From NCBI GenBank assembly GCA_022842645.1, contig JALHPE010000001.1:7711-71710 (forward strand): a stretch of 64,000 nt of DNA. Direction: 5' to 3'. Source of the DNA: Minisyncoccota bacterium. GTDB taxonomy: Bacteria > Patescibacteriota > Minisyncoccia > Phycocordibacterales > UBA2100. Positions 17,579-25,644 of the stretch are shown here, one piece after another; position 1 is the first letter of the stretch; each line of letters opens with the position of its first letter. Below the pieces are notes generated by a model. That model did no database searches. It saw only the letters and a list, made by a program, of their open reading frames with translations, and was not told where the DNA came from. Made by a program: the position numbers and the translations under genes.

Positions 17579-18151
17579 ATGGTTCGATACATACCGACCG
17601 CTCTTACATTGGCGCGATTCCCATTAGGGATCGCGTTTGCGTACTGTTATTTTTATGACTTAACTTACGCAGCGCTTGTGTTCGCAAGCTTAGGGTGCAT
17701 CACCGATTATCTCGACGGATACTTGGCTCGACGGTGGAATGTGTGCACAAAGTTCGGCAAGATCATGGACGCCTATGGCGATAAGTGGATGTGTTGGATC
17801 ATGACGATCGTCGCGTTCGATATCGTGGGCCCGCACGTTACGCTTATTGCTTTAACGATCATTATTCTTGCCTATGACCTGGGGTTAAGCTTCCTCAGAT
17901 ACATTCTCGGCCATCGGCATATTACAGTCTCGTGGTACGCCAAGTGGAAAACAACGCTTCTTATGCTTGGGCTTCTGATCATTTACGTCGATTGGACACT
18001 CGGATACCCAGGACAAGGACTCATGACACTTGGTGCACTTTGGTTCGTCTTGCCTAGTGCCGCGGTAGTCGCCCTTCTTTCAATCGGTCGATATTTGCGA
18101 GAATATCAGCTCGAGTGGCTAATTCCCTATCCCGTGAGGCTGATCTTTTGA
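17579..18151 (+). CDS. CDP-alcohol phosphatidyltransferase (PgsA-like)
   Basis: CAPT signature D-G-x2-A-R-x8-G-x3-D-x3-D, seen as DYLDGYLARRWNVCTKFGKIMDAYGDK. Confidence 0.75.
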   Translation: MVRYIPTALTLARFPLGIAFAYCYFYDLTYAALVFASLGCITDYLDGYLARRWNVCTKFGKIMDAYGDKWMCWIMTIVAFDIVGPHVTLIALTIIILAYDLGLSFLRYILGHRHITVSWYAKWKTTLLMLGLLIIYVDWTLGYPGQGLMTLGALWFVLPSAAVVALLSIGRYLREYQLEWLIPYPVRLIF

Positions 18152-18226
18152 ATACGAACACCCGACTCCCCCAGGAGCCGGGTGTTCTCTTAAAATAAAA
18201 GAGGTACTATGCTATAGTTTTCGGAC

Positions 18227-18299
18227 GCTTGGGTAGCTCAGTTGGTAGAGCATTCCCCTGAAGAGGGAAGGGTCACCGGTTCGACCCCGGTCCCAAGCA
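18227..18299 (+). tRNA. tRNA-Phe (anticodon GAA)
   Basis: Acceptor GCTTGGG/CCCAAGC, D-loop AGCTCAGTTGGTAGAGC, anticodon loop CTGAAGA, T-arm CCGGTTCGACCCCGG. Confidence 0.9.
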
Positions 18300-18313
18300 C
18301 TTGAGTGTAAGTA

Positions 18314-18349
18314 AACAAAGCGACCCCCTTGAGGGGTCGCTTTGTTTTT
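18314..18349. terminator. Bidirectional rho-independent terminator
   Basis: aaagcgacccc-ctt-gaggggtcgcttt, flanked by A-run and T-run. Confidence 0.7.
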
Positions 18350-18366
18350 CAACGACGGCGAAATAT

Positions 18367-18678
18367 TTATTGCCCTCCGAAATACTGCGGGAATTGGGTG
18401 CGGATCTTGTCGAACGCTGCCTGCATGTTGCTGAATTGTTCCTGAGTCGCTGAGCCAGTGCCCTGTATCTGCTGCATAGCAGCCATGGTGCTCTGCATAA
18501 CAGGAGCTACATACTGCATGTAGAGCCAGAGTGGAATGATGATTAAGGCAATCCACACTGCAAAACGCACAATGCCCCCAATAAAGGCGTTGCGGCGCAT
18601 GGCGTGCAACATACGATTATTCTCACGTGTGAGACGGAGTATGTCGTCGAGTTTGTCGGCGTCGTATTCAATACCCAT
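18367..18678 (-). CDS. Hypothetical membrane protein (103 aa)
   Basis: One central TM helix and a Gln/Met-rich C-terminus. No motif. Confidence 0.4.
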   Translation of the reverse strand: MGIEYDADKLDDILRLTRENNRMLHAMRRNAFIGGIVRFAVWIALIIIPLWLYMQYVAPVMQSTMAAMQQIQGTGSATQEQFSNMQAAFDKIRTQFPQYFGGQ

Positions 18679-18681
18679 GGA

Positions 18682-18906
18682 CTACATGTGCCCAGTAGTG
18701 TCGCACGTCGCACAACCCTTACAATCAAGCTTGATTGGCGTCGCAAGCACCCCGAGAACCAGTGCGTTCCAGAGGAAAAAGAGTGGATCAAAGCGACCAA
18801 TCGGTGCCTGCATAAGAACACTAATCCACGCAAGGATAAACGCGAGAGCCGAGAGAACCCACAAACCCTTCCACAACCAACATTTCATAAGGTGTTTATT
18901 CATCAT
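18682..18906 (-). CDS. Small two-TM membrane protein (DUF378-like) with a C-terminal CxxCxxC cluster
   Basis: The hydrophobic pattern resembles DUF378, but this is low-confidence. Confidence 0.35.
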   Translation of the reverse strand: MMNKHLMKCWLWKGLWVLSALAFILAWISVLMQAPIGRFDPLFFLWNALVLGVLATPIKLDCKGCATCDTTGHM

Positions 18907-18958
18907 AGAAAAACGAGTTATTTCGTAAGTAGACTCATAATACAGTGTTCCTCGTCAC

Positions 18959-19975
18959 TCAAGGAGTCCTATCCACAGGGGCCTCAAGCCCCAAACGCTC
19001 AAAGATAAGTCCCCTCTTTTCTTCGGCAAGACGAGGGCGAGCATATTCTTCTATTACTACCGGATAGTACGCGGTTGAGAGTACCGCGTCTTTGCCAAAT
19101 ATCACCTCGAGCATGAGTCCCGTTCGAGTCTCCTCAGACCACATCTGGTCGAACACGAAATTACCGAGACTGTAGAAGATCGGCTTTCCCTGGTATATTT
19201 CCGCGCTTTGTACAACATGCGGGTGGTGGCCTATGACAATATCAGCACCCGCGTCGATTGCTGCGCGCGCGAATGCAATCTGCATTTCGTTTGGCTCAAG
19301 TTCGTATTCGTTCCCTGAATGCATGGATACAATCACGATGTCGGCGAATGTGTTTGCGCCCGCTACAGCCGCCTTCATGCGCTCTAAGCGCATGAAGGCG
19401 GCGCCAGGACGCCCCTCCCCCGCTTCGCGCCCCGAGAAACGCTGATCAGTGTACGCAAGAAACGCAAACTGAATACCGTTTGCATTCACAAACATCGGCT
19501 GCCCTGCCTCGGTATCATCTTTGCCAGCGCCGACGTGCATAATTCCCTCCGCATCGAGCGCTGAAAGCGTGTCCAGTAAACCCTTTTCACCAAAATCAAA
19601 CGTATGGTTATTTGCGAGCGAAAGCACGTCAAAACCAGCGTCTTTCAAAGCCCGTGGCGCATGCGCGTCGGCACGAAAGCGCATTTCAAAAGCCTCGACA
19701 GGGTCTCCCTCGGTAATCGTCGTCTCAAGATTCCCAAATGCGATGTCTGCGCGCCGAATAATGTCTGTCGTGCTTCCAAACGGAAAATCCGCTCCATGTT
19801 GGAGCATTTTCTTAGCAACGGTTCTCGAGAGCATGATGTCACCCACAAATACAATACTCACCTGCGGCGGAGGTGTGGGTCGCGCATACTCAAGAATTCG
19901 CTCTGGTACACCAGGGATAGTGAGGGGTGCGACCGCAAGAAGAGCGCCGACAAAAAATATGCGGAATGTACGCAT
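18959..19975 (-). CDS. CapA/PGA_cap family metallophosphatase-like protein (poly-gamma-glutamate capsule synthesis family), with signal peptide
   Basis: VSMHSGNEYELEP and IDAGADIVIGHHPHVVQ motifs. Confidence 0.8.
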   Translation of the reverse strand: MRTFRIFFVGALLAVAPLTIPGVPERILEYARPTPPPQVSIVFVGDIMLSRTVAKKMLQHGADFPFGSTTDIIRRADIAFGNLETTITEGDPVEAFEMRFRADAHAPRALKDAGFDVLSLANNHTFDFGEKGLLDTLSALDAEGIMHVGAGKDDTEAGQPMFVNANGIQFAFLAYTDQRFSGREAGEGRPGAAFMRLERMKAAVAGANTFADIVIVSMHSGNEYELEPNEMQIAFARAAIDAGADIVIGHHPHVVQSAEIYQGKPIFYSLGNFVFDQMWSEETRTGLMLEVIFGKDAVLSTAYYPVVIEEYARPRLAEEKRGLIFERLGLEAPVDRTP

Positions 19976-20070
19976 GTGCCCTCGTCCGGAATCGGACCGA
20001 AATCGTACCCTTAGGACGGGTCTGCACTATCCATTGTGCTACGAGGGCAGGCGCCCCCACTTTAGCATGA

Positions 20071-20310
20071 CTAGAGCTCGAGAAGGGTGCGAAGTTCTGG
20101 TTCGTCAAAGCCAACCACAAGATTGTCGCCCACAGTAATTACTGGCACGCCCATTTGTCCTGATTTCTCAATCATGACACGGCGCTGCTCGAGATCGGCA
20201 GCAACATCGTGCTCGGTGTATTCGACATTATTCGCCTTGAAAAACTCCTTCGCCATGCCACAGAAGTGGCAAGTTGGGGTCGAGTAAATGGTGACGGGTG
20301 CTGTTGTCAT
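20071..20310 (-). CDS. Glutaredoxin-like protein (NrdH/Grx family)
   Basis: Thioredoxin-fold protein of 79 aa with CHFC active site (TIYSTPTCHFCGMAKEF). Confidence 0.8.
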   Translation of the reverse strand: MTTAPVTIYSTPTCHFCGMAKEFFKANNVEYTEHDVAADLEQRRVMIEKSGQMGVPVITVGDNLVVGFDEPELRTLLEL

Positions 20311-20371
20311 ATCGCCATGCGCTTAGATATAAGGACATGCATTGTATCACACTCTTTATATGCGATATAAA

Positions 20372-20398
20372 AAGACGCGAGCTTAGGCTCGCGTCTTG
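20372..20398. terminator. Rho-independent terminator
   Basis: aaagacgcgagc-ttag-gctcgcgtctt. Confidence 0.6.
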
Positions 20399-20404
20399 GG
20401 CTTT

Positions 20405-20938
20405 CTAGTTCAGGAGCATCGGCTCATCATTGAGTCCAGGCTCCTCCCATGATAAGGCAGTCTGTGGAGCGAACGTGACGCTCGCCAGGATCTTTATATA
20501 GTTATCCAGAAAGATTTGAGAATCCCTCGGAATTCGGTGGATCGAATCCACAAGTGCAATGAGCCAATCAAGAGGATCGATCCTACAAGGCTTTTTCCCT
20601 GGAAAGAACCCGACGTATAAAGACGCGTCGGTATCTCCAAAGTATGCCCAGACGCCGTCCATGATCGACTGTTGGATACCCATGGCTTTTTTGATCCTGG
20701 CCACGTGACCAGAGGGATCATGGATCGAACTACTCCCGATTTCTTGAACAAACACTCCTTCCCTTCGAGACTGCTCAATATGATTTACCAATTGAACCAA
20801 CCCATGTAAGCCTCGCTGCATAAATGCACGGCGAAGTCGATAGATTTTCTTTTTTTGTTTCACTAGATCCTCCTTACCTTGTCTGTAAGGCACAGTACAA
20901 AAACAAAACATATCTGTAAAGACAGCTGTTTTTCTCAC
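20405..20938 (-). CDS. Hypothetical protein (177 aa, GTG start)
   Basis: ORF only; basic N-terminus. Confidence 0.4.
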   Translation of the reverse strand: MRKTAVFTDMFCFCTVPYRQGKEDLVKQKKKIYRLRRAFMQRGLHGLVQLVNHIEQSRREGVFVQEIGSSSIHDPSGHVARIKKAMGIQQSIMDGVWAYFGDTDASLYVGFFPGKKPCRIDPLDWLIALVDSIHRIPRDSQIFLDNYIKILASVTFAPQTALSWEEPGLNDEPMLLN

Positions 20939-20944
20939 CGTTTG

Positions 20945-21015
20945 TGCGGGATAGGAGAATCGAACTCCTATCTACTGCTTGGGAAGCAGTCGTTCTGCCA
21001 CTAAACTAATCCCGC
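20945..21015 (-). tRNA. tRNA-Gly (anticodon CCC)
   Basis: Acceptor GCGGGAT/ATCCCGC, anticodon stem ACTGC/GCAGT with loop TTCCCAA, T-arm GGAGTTCGATTCTCC. Confidence 0.85.
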
Positions 21016-21061
21016 CTTTTCGAACACAAGCGATTTTACCTAAAAATCCAGCCTGAAGCGA

Positions 21062-21181
21062 GACGAAAGTGGGGCGCAAAATGCTTCACGAGGGACCCCG
21101 CAGCTGGCGAGGATCTGCCTGTTTTTCAGCAGGAAAAACAGGTCTGCCCGAGGGAAGCATTTTGCGCCCCACTTTCGCGAG
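21062..21181. repeat. Nested inverted repeat: 24-nt arms cgaaagtggggcgcaaaatgcttc and gaagcattttgcgccccactttcg enclosing the palindrome cctgtttttc-agc-aggaaaaacagg
   Basis: Read directly. About 120 nt, adjacent to tRNA-Gly. MITE-like or a structured RNA. Confidence 0.5.
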
Positions 21182-21372
21182 CGCCCCCTGTCACACATAA
21201 ATTGCTGCTGCAATTTTGCGCGATCCTTACAGGATCAGTACACTCTGAGGATTTTCTTTTCGCGAGCACGCTCAAAAAAACCTCTCAGAGTCTTGCGAGG
21301 CTCCAGGTGTTCGCCTCTCACCCGCCTCGCAGCCAAGCTGCTCCGGCCTTGCAACGGGGCCCCACCCCCGTC

Positions 21373-21759
21373 TCACCACCAAAACCACCCCCTAACCCGC
21401 TCCAAATTCGTCGGGGCTGGAGGAGGTTCTGAAGACGGTGGTTCGACGATAACAACCACCCCTTCGTGATCTTTTCCGAGATCAAAACGCTCACGCAAGA
21501 CCTGCTCCATACCTCTCTCGGTCGAAAGAGATGAAATATCGCTGTGAAGCTCGGCCTCTCGGATCCGAAGGTCCCGCAATTCCGCCTCTGCCTCTTCCCG
21601 CAAAGCGCGCGATTCTCGCTCTTTTTGATAGACCCCCCAGACACCCTGTAGAACAACCACCAGAAGTGCACAAAATATGAGTATGAAGAGTCGGCGCCAC
21701 ATGAGGCGCACAGGATCGCGCTTGTGCCGGACGAATGCCATGTGGTACGATTCTAACAC
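21373..21759 (-). CDS. Septum formation initiator (FtsB/DivIC-like), GTG start
   Basis: N-terminal TM helix, coiled-coil (REEAEAELRDLRIREAEL), and a C-terminal motif RERFDLGKDHEGVVVI resembling the FtsB ARxxLG..GE.V motif. Confidence 0.55.
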   Translation of the reverse strand: MLESYHMAFVRHKRDPVRLMWRRLFILIFCALLVVVLQGVWGVYQKERESRALREEAEAELRDLRIREAELHSDISSLSTERGMEQVLRERFDLGKDHEGVVVIVEPPSSEPPPAPTNLERVRGWFWW

Positions 21760-21779
21760 TTTAGAAACGCCTCAAACCT

Positions 21780-21905
21780 ATGAACTTCCTCTTCCACCAC
21801 AAAACAAAAAAGGTCCTCAACTTTGTCTGGGGTATCGTTGCCGTCCTCATCATCGTAAGCATGGTGCTCTTCTTTGCGCCAGGGCTCGTGGAGTTGTTTA
21901 TCTAA
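21780..21905 (+). CDS. Small hypothetical membrane protein (41 aa)
   Basis: ATG..TAA ORF MNFLFHHKTKKVLNFVWGIVAVLIIVSMVLFFAPGLVELFI with one clear TM helix; below the ORF-track cutoff. Confidence 0.25.
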   Translation: MNFLFHHKTKKVLNFVWGIVAVLIIVSMVLFFAPGLVELFI

Positions 21906-21916
21906 GCGACCAAGGT

Positions 21917-23713
21917 TTACTCATCTCCTCCGCGCACCACCTTCAGAAACACCTCGTGAGGGATATCAACCTTCCCGCGTGCAAGCATTTTCTTCTTGCC
22001 TTTCTTTTGCTTTTCAAGAAGCTTCATTTTACGTGTGATGTCGCCGCCGTAGAGGTACCCGGTTACGTCTTTGCGCATCGCTGACTTCCTGCGCGATGCG
22101 ACGATCTTTCCATCGCATTTTGCTTGAATTTTGAGCTCGAAGAGCTGTTTCGGAAGAAGCTTTTCGAGCCGCTCAACAAGCGCTTCGGCTTCGTGGCCAA
22201 CGCGTCGTTTTGAGACGATGCGCGCAAATGCAGGCACGAGCTCGTCGGCAACAAGAATGTCCAGTCGAACCACATCCGCACTCCTCAGTCCCAGCAACTC
22301 ATATGAGAGCGATGCAAAGCCTGAAGAGACGCTTTTTAGGCGATCAAAGAAGCCTCGCATAAGCTCGCGCAGCGGCATCTCAGCTGCGAGCTTTACCTTG
22401 CCGTCGGGAAGTGTTTCTGTCTCCCCCACTACCGCTTCATGATCGAATAGAATCTGCGAAATACCGCCGAGATAACTCGGGGGTGTAATGATATCAATTG
22501 CCGCCCATGGCTCGCGCACTGATTTAAGCGTGCCGTCATCAGGAAAACGTGCAGGATTATAAATTTCCTCCACACGCCCGTCTTGGAGTGTAATCTCGTA
22601 CACAGTTGTGGGACTTGTGACCACAAGCGGTAAATCAAATTCGCGCTTCAACCGCTCGATAACAATCTCGAGATGAAGCATCCCGAGAAATCCACACCGA
22701 AATCCTTTCCCCATGACACCAGAGGACTCTTCTTCGTACGAAAGTGAAGAATCGGAGAGGCGCAGACGCTCAAGCGCCTGGCGGAGCTGTACTAAATCGT
22801 CTTGCGACTCTGGGTACACAGACGCCCAAATAACAGGCGCTGGAGCCCTGTAACCGCCGAGCGGAGCGCCACTCATGCGCGCAGAGAGCACTGTGTCGCC
22901 CACAGAGGCAATACCCGGCTTTTTAATGCCAGTCACGATGTAGCCGATTTCCCCTTCCCTAAGCTCATCGCGCGGGGTTTCGTCGGGCGTGAGGACTCCC
23001 ACTTCAAGTGCCGTAAACGAGGCGTTTGCTGCTGCAAGCTTGAGTGAATCTCCCTTTGAAACGCGCCCGCCAAAGAGTCGACAATAAATGATGACGCCGC
23101 GATGGTCGGAATATGAAAAGTCATAAACGAGTGCCTGCATTTTCTCTCCCGAGCTTCGGGGCGGAGGAATACGCTCAACAACCGCGTTCAAGAGTTCTGT
23201 AACACCAACACCTGTCTTACCTGAAGTAAGAATCACGTCGCGCTCGTCACATCCAAGCAGCATAGTGAGTTCTGTCTTCACGTCATCAACACGTGCGTGT
23301 GGTGCGTCTATTTTATTTACTACGGGGATGATCACCCTCTTCAATTCGCGCGCCGTCGAGAGAACCGAAAGTGTCTGCGCCTCAACCCCCTGTGTGGCGT
23401 CCACGAGGAGCACAACCCCTTCAACGGCCGAGAGTGCACGTGAGACTTCGTAGGCAAAATCAACGTGGCCGGGAGTATCGATCAGATTTAGTGTGTAGTT
23501 TGTAGACTGTAGTTTGTAGTTCATCCGGACGGGAGCCATTTTAATGGTGATGCCACGCTCGCGCTCGAGATCCATACGATCCAAGACCTGTTCTTTCATG
23601 GCTCGCTTTTCGATCGTGCCGGTGAGCTCGAGCATGCGATCGGCCAGGGTGGATTTCCCGTGGTCAATGTGCGCGATTATCGAAAAGTTTCTAATGTGTG
23701 AAGACATATTCAT
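21917..23713 (-). CDS. lepA: Elongation factor 4 (LepA); likely true start at the second ATG (23707)
   Basis: IRNFSIIAHIDHGKST G1 motif, DTPGHVDF, and the LepA-specific C-terminal domain ending KKGKKKML..; 598 aa. Confidence 0.95.
   Translation of the reverse strand: MNMSSHIRNFSIIAHIDHGKSTLADRMLELTGTIEKRAMKEQVLDRMDLERERGITIKMAPVRMNYKLQSTNYTLNLIDTPGHVDFAYEVSRALSAVEGVVLLVDATQGVEAQTLSVLSTARELKRVIIPVVNKIDAPHARVDDVKTELTMLLGCDERDVILTSGKTGVGVTELLNAVVERIPPPRSSGEKMQALVYDFSYSDHRGVIIYCRLFGGRVSKGDSLKLAAANASFTALEVGVLTPDETPRDELREGEIGYIVTGIKKPGIASVGDTVLSARMSGAPLGGYRAPAPVIWASVYPESQDDLVQLRQALERLRLSDSSLSYEEESSGVMGKGFRCGFLGMLHLEIVIERLKREFDLPLVVTSPTTVYEITLQDGRVEEIYNPARFPDDGTLKSVREPWAAIDIITPPSYLGGISQILFDHEAVVGETETLPDGKVKLAAEMPLRELMRGFFDRLKSVSSGFASLSYELLGLRSADVVRLDILVADELVPAFARIVSKRRVGHEAEALVERLEKLLPKQLFELKIQAKCDGKIVASRRKSAMRKDVTGYLYGGDITRKMKLLEKQKKGKKKMLARGKVDIPHEVFLKVVRGGDE
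23488..23524 (-). repeat. Half-copy of the heptad-array element inside the lepA coding sequence (encodes MNYKLQSTNYTLN)
   Basis: In the lepA sense strand, ctacaaa ctacagt ctacaaa ctacaca ctaaat. Its first 19 nt match the right arm of copy 1 (1744-1762) exactly. In plus orientation, 24 nt (agtgtgtagtttgtagactgtagt) match the left arm of copy 3 (62156-62179) exactly. Confidence 0.6.
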
Positions 23714-23719
23714 CGAAGA

Positions 23720-23905
23720 CTAAAATGAGAGAATTTGAGGGCGCACATTGTAGGAAAGGGGTCGGGAAAACTCTAGTTTTCCCGTGTCGGAGAGCAGGTC
23801 GGCGAGCGAAGCGATGCCGACCGTTGAGAACCGAGGGTTCTCAAGGAGCGACCCAGACGCGACAATGGGTGCGATTATGGAGAAATTACGGATGTGAGAC
23901 GACAT
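23720..23905 (-). pseudogene. Degenerate, synonymously recoded duplicate of the lepA 5' end (61-aa ORF, MSSHIRNFSIIAP...)
   Basis: The first 12 codons encode the same residues as lepA (MSSHIRNFSIIA) but differ at 8 wobble positions. Homology is then lost. Confidence 0.5.
23754..23786. repeat. Second copy of hairpin motif GAAAGGGGTCGGGAAAAC-N3-GTTTTCCCGTG
   Basis: Compare 8812-8846. Confidence 0.5.
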
Positions 23906-23916
23906 GCCGTCTTATC

Positions 23917-25632
23917 CTACGTTGATTGCTCCCCCGAAGCAATCGGTTCCACATCACGCCAGATACGACGTCGAAGCGCGAGTGCATTCTCGGCGTATTC
24001 CCTGCTTCCAAGAAAATGGTAGGCGAGCGCAGCAGCAGCAACACCCACACCGCCCGCGAGAAGCGCCTTAAAGAGCACCGAGGCAAGAGTCGAGAGCAGT
24101 GTGATGTCTCCTATCACTTGCAGTGTTGCGTATGCAGCACATCCGGCTACAAACGCAGCAGTGAGCGCATGCCAAAATGAACGTTTAATCTGAGAAACGA
24201 ATCCGCCAAAATGCCATTCAATTGAAACCACGAGTAGAAAGGCGCCCATAATGGAAGCCACTGAAAACGCAAACGCGAGTACCACAACGTCGGTTCCCAC
24301 TAGGTTATCAATGCGCAGCAGTGCTTCAAGAAAGCTTGCGACGTCTGCATTTTGCACACTGCGTAGATACGTGTGCGCAAGAATAAGAGTGGTGAGGGCT
24401 GTCACGCCAGATATGGCAAGTGGAATAAGCGTTCTCCCCGCTGCATACCATGCACGAATGAGAAGAAGAGAAACACCTTGGCTGGCGAGAGAAAGCGAGA
24501 AGAGTGCGAGTGCTGCAGCGGTAAGGCGCGTGTCGGTCCAATCAAACGCGCCCGAACCAAGCGCAGCGCGTACAATATGCGCGCGAAGCACGATGACGAG
24601 CGCGAGCGCAGGGAGCGACCAGAAAAACATTTGACGAACGGCGAGCGCCGCATGCGCCAAAAACGCGTGTGTTGCACCGCGCGCATGCGCCTCGGCAAGG
24701 AGTGGGAATGCGGCTGTTGCATAGCTTGCGCCAATCACAGAAAGCGGAACTCCCTGCAGATTGTAGGCAAACATAAATACCGCGATTGAGCCCGCGGGGA
24801 GTGCCGCAGCAAGCGAGAGAAGGCCAAAGAACGCAAACTGACCAAAGGAGAGCGCCAGTGCGCGTGGAAGTGAAATGCGAACAGTAGCCAAAAAGCTGCG
24901 CCATTCAGGAAGTGATGCCATCTCTCTACCAAGACCTTCGCGCAAGAGTGGTGGCAATTGAATACCTAAATGAAGTACTGCACCAATCACAACGCCATAG
25001 GCAAGTCCCATAAGTCCCTGCGATGGAACTAACACTAACGCACCGTAAATGATGCCGAGATTATAGACAATCGGCGAGAGTGCATAGAGTGCGTATCGAT
25101 GTCTAAATTGTGTGAGGCCCGCAGCAATATTTGAAAAGCCCAGAAGCACCGCTTGTATCAGGAGTATACGTGTGAGGAGCACCAACTCTTCCTGTGCATA
25201 GGAAAGCGCGGGGAAAAATGTTGCAAGAATTGAGGGAGCAAACACTGCAGCACCACCCGCAACAAGTGCAACCAATGCACCAAAACACACAATGAGGCCG
25301 TCTATGTACCGCCGTTGCGCCGCCTCATCACGACGTGCAAGTTCTGGTATGAGCACGTACGCAGAAACCAGCGCCCCTACGCCGATAAACACGAGATCCG
25401 GTACGCGGAACGCTGCGTAATAGACGTCGAGCTCGGCTCCTGCGCCAAAGAGATGTGCGAGCACACGGTCACGCACGAGCGCGAGGAGCGACGAGGCGAG
25501 AGATGAAAGTGCGAGAATATACGCGGCCGCCTGAAGCCCGCGCACCTCAAGAGAAAGATAGGACAAAGCCCATCCCGCTCCGCTGTAAGTCTTTTCAAGC
25601 GTCGTGCGCCCGCTTTTAAGAAAACGAATCAT
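23917..25632 (-). CDS. murJ: Lipid II flippase MurJ (MviN)
   Basis: Polytopic membrane protein of 571 aa. N-terminal motif LVRDRVLAHLFGAGAELDVYYAAFRVP matches the MurJ RD..A..FG.G...DAF..AFRIP signature. Confidence 0.85.
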   Translation of the reverse strand: MIRFLKSGRTTLEKTYSGAGWALSYLSLEVRGLQAAAYILALSSLASSLLALVRDRVLAHLFGAGAELDVYYAAFRVPDLVFIGVGALVSAYVLIPELARRDEAAQRRYIDGLIVCFGALVALVAGGAAVFAPSILATFFPALSYAQEELVLLTRILLIQAVLLGFSNIAAGLTQFRHRYALYALSPIVYNLGIIYGALVLVPSQGLMGLAYGVVIGAVLHLGIQLPPLLREGLGREMASLPEWRSFLATVRISLPRALALSFGQFAFFGLLSLAAALPAGSIAVFMFAYNLQGVPLSVIGASYATAAFPLLAEAHARGATHAFLAHAALAVRQMFFWSLPALALVIVLRAHIVRAALGSGAFDWTDTRLTAAALALFSLSLASQGVSLLLIRAWYAAGRTLIPLAISGVTALTTLILAHTYLRSVQNADVASFLEALLRIDNLVGTDVVVLAFAFSVASIMGAFLLVVSIEWHFGGFVSQIKRSFWHALTAAFVAGCAAYATLQVIGDITLLSTLASVLFKALLAGGVGVAAAALAYHFLGSREYAENALALRRRIWRDVEPIASGEQST

Positions 25633-25644
25633 AGAAACACGATT

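Noticed and set aside
19521-20138. 205-aa plus-strand ORF
   Set aside because: Antisense to the CapA-family gene.
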